Source: Dipteris shenzhenensis (Eukaryota). From it: 64,000 nt of DNA. This document shows, piece after piece, positions 51,200 to 60,600 of the stretch. Position numbers and translations under genes: made by a program. The stretch is from NCBI GenBank assembly GCA_047967505.1, contig CM106538.1. The stretch is one strand, 5' to 3'. The notes beneath the pieces were generated by a model, which saw only the letters and a program-made list of their open reading frames with translations, ran no database searches and had not been told where the DNA came from. The first letter of the stretch is position 1. Each line of letters starts with the position of its first letter.

Positions 51200-54100
51200 A
51201 AAAACTAAAACATCGATTTGTACATGGAAGTTAAAAATCTTACCATTCAATTTTTACTTGCATCAACAGAGCTCCAATTGCAATGTCTGATGCATCTACA
51301 AAGACATGAAAATCGAACATCCAATTTGGTGCCTACAAAATTGGAGATATTGATACTAGCATCTTCTTCAACAATCAAAATTCCGGTTCCCACATCCATT
51401 CAAATTTATGGTGTATCTTTCTTTGTGTCCTACATAACTGGCTGACACATGTAAGATAGATGTCTTAGAAACCTATTGTTCCATGCCATAAATTATTTCC
51501 ACTTTTTGAGGGTTGATTACCATTCCATCTAAAGAAAAGATGTTGCATAACAAAACTCCTTGTTGGATAGCAAACACACATTTTGCCAAGTTTGGGATGC
51601 TTTGTGCATCCCAAAACAACGTCATAAATTCTTATTGTGGTCATCCTTATTTCCAAACACATTGAAGTTGTAATGTTAGCAAGTATGAAATGAATACTCT
51701 ATCCAGCTCTGAAATATTAGAGGTGTATTCTTCAATCCAAAGATCATGACATTACTGCACAATTTATTTATCTTTATCTTCCTCGGCCATTTGAATTTGA
51801 TTGTACCAAGTGAATCTATCTAAAAAGCTATGACTCATGATAGCTGCAACATCTAGTATGTATATATATATATATGTATGTATGTATGTATGCATCCATG
51901 TATATATATATATATATATATATGTATGCATGCATGCATGCATGCATATATATATATATATATAGCTTTTGATAACCCACAAAGATCCATATACTTCTAG
52001 TATTCTTTTGGACATCACATTGGGAGACAACCAAATCATCTACTCTGATGGATAAATGAATGCCACTTTAAAAAATTTATCGATTTCTAGCTTTTCTTGT
52101 TTGGCAAAGTTTAGATTATTTGGTATCTCTGTTGCACTACTAGAACTAAAATCTTCTCCAAATTGATTCGATGCATGCACACACTTGGGACAACACTCTA
52201 CATATATGTGTATTCTCATGCAGTAATGTCATTGAACTTTGTAAGTACTTCTATGAGACCAATCCAAAATTTTCCTTCCACATCAATCAATTTTGGGCTA
52301 CTCTTCTATACTTGAATTTAGATCCTCATGGTCATCTTCTTTGGCATGTGAGAGATTTTTCATGTGCTCCTCATAGGCAACTTCTTCATTTTTTATTACA
52401 TCTTCATTTCAGTGATTATGGTCATTCTCTTATTTCATATTAAATTACGATTACAAAACAAGTATCGATATTTTAATTTCCTTCTCTATTTTCCCAAAAA
52501 AAAGTGGTTCTACTATAGAAATATCCAATACCTAAACTTCATTCCATCCCTCCCATACATACCTTTGAACAATTTCACCCATATTGACATTGAAGATTTG
52601 CATGATGGATGGATTTGACTTGATGAATTTTTTTCTTTCTCATCATCAATTTTTGAAACCATATTGATCCCTTGTGCAATCGTGGGTCATACCTCCTTGT
52701 GTAACACACCTTTGGGTATTATTTCCCCCTTGTTTCTTCTTTTGCTACACACAATAATTTTTGATCCTGTTTGACTCAATATTCTTTGGACAATGGTCTT
52801 ATAAAGAGAATTGGGTATGGAATATTTCCTTCTTCCATTTTAGAACAATAAAAATCACTCAAAATACCAGGTCCTACATAAAAATTTGTTGCAACTACAT
52901 AATGCCTAGTGGCTATACTCTTCCTTGGTCCACCATCTCCATTTGAAATGATGGGCTTCAATCTAAGTAGACCCAACCATTCATATAAAGATCGAGGCAA
53001 TATGTTTATACCTAACACCCCATCTAAGAGTGCTTCAGGTAGTTCTTGGCCCTAGAATTGCAATTTCAAGTTCAAAGCCTTTTAATACATAGCTTCTAGT
53101 TTTGCCTGATCAACCAAAATTTTATCTACAGGTGTCAGATCATCATTTGCCCAAAGTTCCTTTGCTAAGTGCTTTTGGAAGCTTGGTACCAATGTGTGTA
53201 ACAATGGGCTAGTGTGAAATGGATCTTTGGCTTTAATCCTTTGAACAAATCCATTGCTAAAATTTTTTAGTTTTTCGTTGCATACCTTGGATTTTTGGAT
53301 TCAAATTTCTAAGCTTCATATCTTGGGCGTCATTTAATTGAATTTTTGGATAGATTTTTGCTTACTATACTATACCGTTCTCTTTGGATCCTTAAAATTT
53401 TGGAATCCCTTTGGATACTCAGATTCAAACTTGTTTGTGATCTTGCCATCAGAATAGCTTTTCTTTTGGACTACCCTTCTCCTAGGTCAATTCCTTAATT
53501 GGTCCTTTGGATCAAGTAATTGTAATAATGCCCACAATTCTTAGACTCACCTTTACTTCCTCTATCTACAGTCATCCTAAATAATTGCATCTTATATACT
53601 TGTTTGCTTTCATATCCTTCTCTTTTACCACATCTATCTTCTTGGTCTTCTTATTCTCTTTTTTGTGTCTCTTCTTATTTTCATCATCATAATCTTTGTC
53701 TAATGAATCAATCTTTGAATTTAAGACTTCCTTAATTTTGAATAGTGCCCTTCTTTGTCAAAATTAGAATCGTTGTCTGAATCTAAATCGTCCTTCTTGG
53801 ACTCTTTCTTAAGGGAATCAAATCACCTCTCTGCATGGTTTGTAATGTCAATCAGCACATTGAACCCTCTTTCACATTTTGGTAGATCTAACATACCTAT
53901 CTCACTTTGGATCCCTTGCCAAAGTCCCTTTTATAAAAGTTCTCCACCAGCATTTTGTTTGTTGGTCTTTTAGCAATAAGTTCCATCCGGGCAGTTAGAT
54001 TACAAACTTTTTGTGCATGATCTTCCATCAAATATATTTTTCTACTTCATTTCGTTGATATTTTTCTTGGAATCAATGCTATTTCTAAGGTATCATAATC

Positions 54101-54349
54101 TGGGAAATGTTTTCCACCATGCGTGCTAAACTGGGACACTCAGGGTAATCAACTATATTATGTCATCAACCTTTGGGGTAGATATTTGTATTCTTTTGTT
54201 GGCATTTGATGTTACATTGGATTGGATTCCAACATCAATTGTGATTATGGAGGAATCCATTCCTACTAAAGTTGCTCTTGCTTATGCTAAGCTTGATGTC
54301 ACTACAATAGGAGCCAAACTTTACCTATCATATTCAAGCCCATGGATAC
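51200..54349 (-). mobile_element. Old, fragmented non-chromoviral Ty3/gypsy pol that hosts the young element; probably continues after 63280
   Basis: PR: ALLDG..GINILPRSLYEWLG, MVDQGRV*PLGIM (~52800-53040). RT: DKFFKVAFIYP, HSFLDRFTWYNQIQMAEEDKDK (~51764-52085, interrupted by a TA microsatellite). RH: PNWMFDFHVFVDASDIAIGALLMQ (~51255-51330). Confidence 0.7.
51856..51964. repeat. (TA)n/(TATG)n/(CATG)n compound microsatellite
   Basis: Read directly from the sequence. Confidence 0.9.
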
Positions 54350-55339
54350 TGTTATGGATAAAATTGTCTAAGGAAAAAGGCATTAATGTGTATGTGTGTT
54401 TGTATATGTGGCAATAGTATAATCAAATATGGTGTGCATAGGGCCCAAGGTTGAGGTGGCAAGGCATGACCATGTGCCACCCTTCCATGTAAGAGGACCC
54501 ATAAGGTGTGTTGTACATAATCCATAATAGTAATATTATAAAATGCAAGGTGGCATGGCTCCTCCATGTGCCACCCCTCCACCTAGGATGCAATAATTGA
54601 GATAAGGCTCAAAGTCCAAGGGAGAAGCAATATAAAATGAGTGGAGATGGCTATTATATTGAGTTATTCCCTCCATATGGGATAGGCCCATGTGGGGGAG
54701 GTATAGAAGGACAAAGAGAGCTAGTTAAATAATAGGGAAAGTAGGACGAGGTGGCAAGATTCCTTGTGCCAACCCTCCACTTGTCCTCCTAGAGGTTTGA
54801 ACCTATTATAAAATTGGAAGAGACCTAGGAAGTATCATAGACTTGAGATAAGGGGCTTGATTTATGCGGAAAATTGAGGCAAAGGGTTGTCGCACACAAT
54901 TGAGAGTGCGTACCCACCTAGCCCACATGGGAGACTTTTCCACACACACCATGCATGTGGGAGGATACATTAATGTGGAGAGACCCCCTCTTTTGGCTAT
55001 AAAAGGAAGGGGCAATTCCTTGATGGGACACGCTCATTCTTGTAAAGCCACCTAGCTAGTATTTTGATATTTCCCTCTCATCCCTCCTTTCCAATAAAGT
55101 ATGGTTCACTTCCCTTGATGTCTACATCTCAACATTCCTCTTCCTATCATGTACTTGCTTCTCTTCCCACACTCCCTTTCCCCTTGTGTCATAGTCTCCC
55201 TTTTCCTTCCCTCCATTTCTAATTCCTTATTCACCCCTATGACATCCCTTCGCCCTCGTGATCTCCTTTTCTCTATGGCCTTTGAGCGTCGCCATACTTA
55301 GTCTCTAGCTTTTGGTCTCGGTTTCTTTTCCGGCTAAAA
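54350..55339 (+). repeat. 5' LTR
   Basis: TGTTATGG...CGGCTAAAA; TATA-like CTATAAAAG at ~54997; AATAAA at ~55093; direct repeat at offset 7940. Confidence 0.95.
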
Positions 55340-55343
55340 GTTT

Positions 55344-55376
55344 TGGTGTGGCTGCTGGGATACGAATCTCCACGGC
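55344..55376 (+). promoter_or_regulatory. Primer-binding site complementary to cytosolic tRNA-His, with a second complementary box
   Basis: TGGTGTGGCTGCTGGGAT is the reverse complement of ...AUCCCAGCAGCCACACCA, the plant tRNA-His 3' end as I recall it. TCTCCACGGC (55367-55376) matches GCCGTGGAGA of the same tRNA. Confidence 0.8.
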
Positions 55377-55486
55377 TGTTGGCGAATCTTCTATTCGTAT
55401 GGGTTACATCAACAAAACTATACCATCTGTGCTCTTTCTAAGCTACTGCGCGTGCATTCGCTTCGTGCGTCTCCTGCGCTTCAGTG

Positions 55487-55642
55487 CTCTGGACTGCTGC
55501 GATTTCTAGTTGCGGACAGTTTTCTGCGCGACAGTTCTCTAGACTGCCGCGACTTCTGGTTGCGGACAGTTTTCCGCGCGACAGTTCTCTGGACTGCTCT
55601 GGTCGCGGACTGGTTTCCTGAGGTCGCGGACTGTTTCCTGAG
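55487..55642 (+). repeat. GC-rich tandem repeats in the 5' leader (~50 bp x2, then ~20 bp x2)
   Basis: CTCT.GACTGC.GCGA.TTCT.GTTGCGGACAGTTTTC.GCGCGACAGTT x2; GGTCGCGGACTG.TTTCCTGAG x2. Confidence 0.8.
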
Positions 55643-56020
55643 CCCCTGCAAAAGAGTAACAGCAGATCCCGCGCCCCCCCTATCTCTTCTCTTGTTCTCC
55701 TTCTCTTTCTCTTCTCCTTCTCCTCTCCTCTCCTCTCTTTTTATTAAAGAGTAGGATTGGAACCCAAGACCTCCCCCTTCACAAAAGAAAGTCTTATCAT
55801 TGGGCCAACAAGTTGGAAGTGGTAAAAATGTAATGATTTTTGTTCATATATTGAAATTGCGGGAGCTGTAACTCTCTAACCATAAGGAGTTTGCTCTTGT
55901 TGTAAAAAGCAAAAATATTTCATTTTATGTTCTCTATCCACTTCTCTAGCTAGATCGCCAATTCAAAACTTCTCCAAGCCCACTTCATGGACGCACGCCT
56001 CACGAGAAGGGTGGACATTT

Positions 56021-56431
56021 ATGTCACTTCTCGACGCGTTTAAGGAATTGGTGCCTGTTCCTCCGCACCTTACGGCTACCAATGCACGAGATGTATTCCT
56101 TGATCTTCATGTTGACCTTCAACGGCTGATTGTCCAGTGCATTATTGATGGTGATGACGGGTGGAATGACACACCGTGGATGATTCAGGGTGACGAACTA
56201 CTGATACGCTGGGAGAATTTTGACTTTACTTCTACTCATTGTGCGGTGATCGAACTACTTGCTGCTTCAGAGGTAATCAAAACAGTTTCCTTCTTCGAAG
56301 GGTGGGATGTTCCCCAAGCTTGGGGGGAGATTTGGCACATCTGCTTGTTGATTCCTGTGGAAAAGCTCGTCCTGAATGGTCATTTCACAATCTCATTACA
56401 AAGGTTTCTAGGCCTTGGCTATGGTTGGTAA
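56021..56431 (+). CDS. Accessory ORF-A, 136 aa, with an F-box-like N-terminal motif
   Basis: Open ATG-initiated ORF. VFLDLHVDLQRLIVQCI resembles the F-box pattern LxxLPxxlxxxIlxxL. Its TAA stop overlaps the next ATG. Confidence 0.6.
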   Translation: MSLLDAFKELVPVPPHLTATNARDVFLDLHVDLQRLIVQCIIDGDDGWNDTPWMIQGDELLIRWENFDFTSTHCAVIELLAASEVIKTVSFFEGWDVPQAWGEIWHICLLIPVEKLVLNGHFTISLQRFLGLGYGW

Positions 56432-56655
56432 TGTTTCGACCAAGGAATCCATTTGTACCTAATCAGCCTTTTGTGCCTCATTTTGAGCTTCAAATTGTAA
56501 TTCTTTTTGGGCTTAAGATAAACTATCAACAAAGAATTGCAAGTTTATTTGGTGCTGAACGTTTGGCTCAAGTGTTGAATTCTCCCCACCCTCTCCTCCT
56601 ACCTATCTTGGACTACCGAGAAACTTGGGATGTCCGAATTCTCGTCTTGGTGTGA
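56431..56655 (+). CDS. Accessory ORF-B, 74 aa, function unknown
   Basis: MFRPRNPFVPNQPF...WDVRILVLV*. Starts in TAATG and ends in TGATG. Confidence 0.55.
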   Translation: MFRPRNPFVPNQPFVPHFELQIVILFGLKINYQQRIASLFGAERLAQVLNSPHPLLLPILDYRETWDVRILVLV

Positions 56656-57119
56656 TGACATCTTGGATTCTTCAATTTGATGGAGCTTACAAACCTTCGA
56701 CCAAGGCGGCTGGCGTGGGTGTGAAGCTCACTTCACCGAGTGGTGAGGAGTTTTGTTACAGCAAGTCTTCGCCCGCAAGTACTTGCAATCAAGCTGAGTA
56801 CTCGGCGCTCATTTTTGGGCTACAAAAGGCACAAGAACATCATGCCAAGCAATTGGAGGTGCAAGGAGATTCTCAACTAGTGTGTGAACAAGTTAGTGGA
56901 AGGTGGAAGGTGCGGAGCAAAGGCTTGGTTCCACGACATCAACAAGCCTTGGAACTTTGCAACCAATTTGAAGAGGTAAAAATTCAGCATATCCCTCGAG
57001 CTCGAAATCTTGTTGCTGATTTCTTGGCACGTGAAGCTTGTGTTTCAATCACGCATGACGCGAGTGGATGCGCCACCCCAATCAAGCCGCAAGCCACGAA
57101 GGAGGGTGATCGTTTGTAA
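56655..57119 (+). CDS. Stand-alone archaeal-type RNase H (aRH, RNase HI-like), 154 aa
   Basis: WILQFDGA...AGVG...TCNQAEYSALIFGL...LEVQGDSQLVCEQVSGRWKV...HIPRARNLVADFLAREA. The D-E-D-D catalytic set is complete and the HIPR..N motif is aRH-like. The likely start is the ATG at 56655. Confidence 0.9.
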   Translation: MTSWILQFDGAYKPSTKAAGVGVKLTSPSGEEFCYSKSSPASTCNQAEYSALIFGLQKAQEHHAKQLEVQGDSQLVCEQVSGRWKVRSKGLVPRHQQALELCNQFEEVKIQHIPRARNLVADFLAREACVSITHDASGCATPIKPQATKEGDRL

Positions 57120-57255
57120 GGAATGCAAAGGTTGTGGTCATCATGAAACTAAGTGTTGGGCCTACTTGATACGAGTTCACCGACTTTGGCAGACCATCAG
57201 GAGGGTTCTCAAGGACATTGCTCAAAAGAAGGATGCCAGACCGCACACCCCTTGA
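57055..57255 (+). CDS. Accessory ORF-D, 66 aa, basic, with a CCHC zinc knuckle
   Basis: MTRVDAPPQSSRKPRRRVIV-CKECKGCGHHETKC-WAYL... matches C-x2-C-x4-H-x4-C. It overlaps the end of aRH. Confidence 0.6.
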   Translation: MTRVDAPPQSSRKPRRRVIVCKECKGCGHHETKCWAYLIRVHRLWQTIRRVLKDIAQKKDARPHTP

Positions 57256-57397
57256 AGAAATAGAATGGCGACTACAAGAACTGGAAGAAGCTGAAGGTGA
57301 TGTGCAAGCTCTCCAACTGTTGACATTTGTCATGGCATTCTTGTTTGCCTTGATGAACAACCTCATGCGACGCCGCACCTCTAACACTCGCGTGTAA
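57233..57397 (+). CDS. Accessory ORF-E, 54 aa: acidic coiled coil, hydrophobic helix, basic tail
   Basis: Translated by hand (below the ORF-track cutoff): MPDRTPLEEIEWRLQELEEAEGDVQALQLLTFVMAFLFALMNNLMRRRTSNTRV*. Ends in TAATG. Confidence 0.5.
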   Translation: MPDRTPLEEIEWRLQELEEAEGDVQALQLLTFVMAFLFALMNNLMRRRTSNTRV

Positions 57398-57413
57398 TGA
57401 TCAGAGTGATATC

Positions 57414-57584
57414 ATGAGGATTGGTCCTTTTAAGATAGTCTATGTGCTATTCTATGCTGAAGATTCTTCTCGTATAATATTTCACACTACACCAGTGACA
57501 CCCTACCCTGCCTATGTGTGCTTTTTGGATGTATCTTCACCCGATTTTCAGTTCAAGCTTCCTCTTACTATTGTTCGTCCATAG
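57414..57584 (+). CDS. Accessory ORF-F, 56 aa, function unknown
   Basis: MRIGPFKIVYVLFYAEDSSRIIFHTTPVTPYPAYVCFLDVSSPDFQFKLPLTIVRP*. Linked by the 6-codon mini-ORF MIRVIS (57397-57417) through an ATGA overlap. Ends 28 nt before the gag ATG. Confidence 0.4.
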   Translation: MRIGPFKIVYVLFYAEDSSRIIFHTTPVTPYPAYVCFLDVSSPDFQFKLPLTIVRP

Positions 57585-57612
57585 ATAAGCCACTCTTTTC
57601 CATCTTCCAAGC

Positions 57613-60600
57613 ATGGCTGACATTCCCGTGTTTTGTGGACGGGTAGAAGAAAATCCAAATGAGTATCTTGTGGCTTTCAAACGCCATTGTGTCTCTCTCA
57701 ACTTTCTTACTGAAGACAGATGGCTATTGGTTCTCCCCACATTTCTAGAAGGTTTGGCTCAAGTGTGGTATGAGAAGCAAACCGAAGATGTTCGCCAAAG
57801 CTGGCCAAGGTTGACAGCAGCAATGATTGAGTATTTCGGCAAAGAAGAGGAGCCGGAGAATGTGTACCTGCAGGTGGCAAATTTGAAGCAGTCAGAAGGT
57901 GAGACGGCGCGTCGATATGTGGATCGAGCGGCCGTGCTCCTGGACCGTTTGATTGCCACACAGGAGGACAATGCCGGATTTCGAGCTGGAATGACTCAGC
58001 ATGTGCTGGGCTACCTTGTAGCAGGAGCGAGTGATGAATTCCGCCTCAAGCTTAAATGGGAGAATCCAGAAACTATGGTGCTAGCACATGAAATTTCTCA
58101 AAAGTTTGACAAAGTTCAGTCTGACCCCGCTTCAAAGAAGACGATTGTCCCTCCGCATCCCCCTCCATTCCTGCAACAACAACCTGGGGGGTCTAACTCA
58201 GGGGCATACCCCCACCCCTCAGGGATGTATCCACCGCCTCCACCTCAGATGTATGGTCCTCCCTTAGCTGCTTACCCTCAACAAGGTGGATATCCTCATC
58301 CTCCGCCTCGAAGATTTCCCCAGCCTCGCCCACGAGCCCCCCTCCTCTCTACTCCCGTGGCCCCTCCAACTAAAGAGGCCCCCCCTGCAACAGAACCTGG
58401 AGTCAATGACCTAGCCAAGGCCCTGAATGATCTTCGGCTTGAGATGGTGGGCATCAGAAATCAAGCCAACCGCCCTCCAAGAGATCGTGCTAATGTTGTA
58501 TGCTACGAATGCCACCAGAAGGGTCATTATCGCACAGAATGCCCCAATATTCCAAGGGTGAATCTTCTAAGTGAGTCGGGCACTGAGGATTCTGATGTGG
58601 AGATCCTTGATCTCAGGAAAAGAACTCGTGCTACCTCGGACCCCTCTCTAAACCGTGGACTGGGCCGCCCCAGGAAGAAGGTGTCCTTCTCAGAGCCCTC
58701 AGACGCTGAGATGGCAGACCCACCAACAGAGAAGACTAAAAGATCTCGCAGGAGTAAGTGGTCACCCTCGGATTTTCCCATCGGCTCAGGGCAAGAGGAC
58801 TATTCGGTCGTTCAAGACCTTGCTCATCGTTCTTTGAGCATCACACTCCCTCAACTAATAGCATTAAGTCCTAAGGTGAGACGTGAGCTGCAGCAAGGTC
58901 TCTCAACAAGGAAGAGTAAGAAAAAGGGAAAGGTACGAGAGGTATCTTCTATCTCTGAAGAAATTGATCGGCACCCACACACAGTAGATGTCATCATAGA
59001 TAATTGCCGTGTCAAAAATGTGTGTGTTGATGGGGGAGCTGCATGTAATATCATGGTGCCCCGCATCATGAAGAAATTGAATTTGAAATGTACAAGGCGT
59101 TCCTCCACTCGAATCAAGGTAGCAGATGGTCGACGACTCGCCACCATGGGAGTCATTGAGGATTTGCCCATCACTGTCAATGGGCTGACCACCACTGTCA
59201 ATTTCTATGTAGTGGACATTGAAGATACAGGCAGAAGTTACCCTGCCATACTCGGGAGACCATGGTTGAGAAAAAGTGATGCAGTCAGCTATTGGAAGAC
59301 AGGACACATGTCTTTTGGTGCTTCCAAGGAGAAAATCCCTGTGCAACCTGGTGCTATGGAACCGGAAGAAGAAGAGGAACATGATAGTGATACTCTCTCA
59401 TCTTCAGTGTCTGAGTCCATGGAAGAATCAGACGGGGGGGAGGAATTCACAGAGGAGGAAGTTTACATGATGGGGGTGTCTCCGACCCTGCCACCTGTAG
59501 AAAAGATAACAGCTAGTCCTCAACAGCTCGAATCAATGCTTTCTCCAGACCTCACTCCAGGTGAGAAAGATGAGTTTCTTGAAATGTTCAAAGATTTCCC
59601 TGACCTCTTTGCAACTAGCTACCACCACCTTCGCCATGTGACTGCCATAGAGCACAAGATAGAGCTAAAGCCTGATGCAAAGCCTGTGGCTCAGAAGTAT
59701 CGGAGATTAGGGCCCCTACAGACCGACGCCTTGCGATCAGAGTTGCAGAAGCTTGTAGAGGCTGGGTTTATTGTTCCGGTTCACAATACTGAATGGGTTT
59801 CACCAGTGGTAGTCATCCCAAAGAAAAACAACAAGTGGCAGGTCTGCATCGACTATAAGAAGCTCAATGCTGCCACCAAGAGGGATCATCATCCTTTACC
59901 CTTTCAAGACCTCATTCTTGAGAAGGTAAGTGGACATGAGATGTATACTTTCTGTGGTGGTTACTCTGGGTTTTATCAAATCAGAATTGCCGAGGAAGAT
60001 GTGCTTAAAACCACATTTGCCACACCCTGGGGGACATTTGCATTCAAAGTAATGCCATTTGGCCTCACCAATGCTCCTGCCACCTTTCAAAGATTCATGC
60101 AGATGGTGTTTGCTCCTTATTTGGGGGATTTCTTGGAGGTGTTTTTAGATGATTTCTGTATATTCTCATCACGTAAGGAGCACATCATGAAGGTTAGATT
60201 GGCATTCCAAAGGGTTAATGATGCAAACGGTAGTCTCAACCCTGAGAAATGCACCATTGGAGCCACTCAAGGGAGGTTATTGGGACATGTTGTCTCATCT
60301 GAGGGCATCAAGCCTGACCCCGAGAAGGTAGAAGCCATCCTCAAGCTCTCCCCACCTACAACCAAACGTCAGGTACGCTCATTTGTCAATCTAGCAGGAT
60401 ACTATCGCCGCTTCATTGATCAGTATGCTGCTTTGACACGGCCCATGACTATGCTATTAAAAGATGGGGTTGATTTCTCTTGGAATGAGGATTGTGATCA
60501 TGGGTTTGCACAAATCAAGAATGCTCTGGCTTCAGAACCCATTCTACGCAATCCAGACTGGTCAAAGACCTTCTATATCAATCCTGGGTTTGGAGAACAC

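Noticed and set aside
54352-55055. Small ORFs duplicated at 62292-62995
   Set aside because: They lie inside the LTRs; the duplication reflects LTR identity, not coding conservation.
55344-55376. tRNA-His gene or pseudogene on the minus strand
   Set aside because: Only the 3' portion is matched, it includes the non-encoded CCA, and it abuts the LTR, so it is a PBS.
56021-57584. Bacterial or phage contamination or insert, suggested by operon-like overlaps and an rnhA-like gene
   Set aside because: Enclosed between the PBS and gag within matched LTRs, with similar composition and no evident Shine-Dalgarno pattern. Ancient horizontal origin is not excluded.
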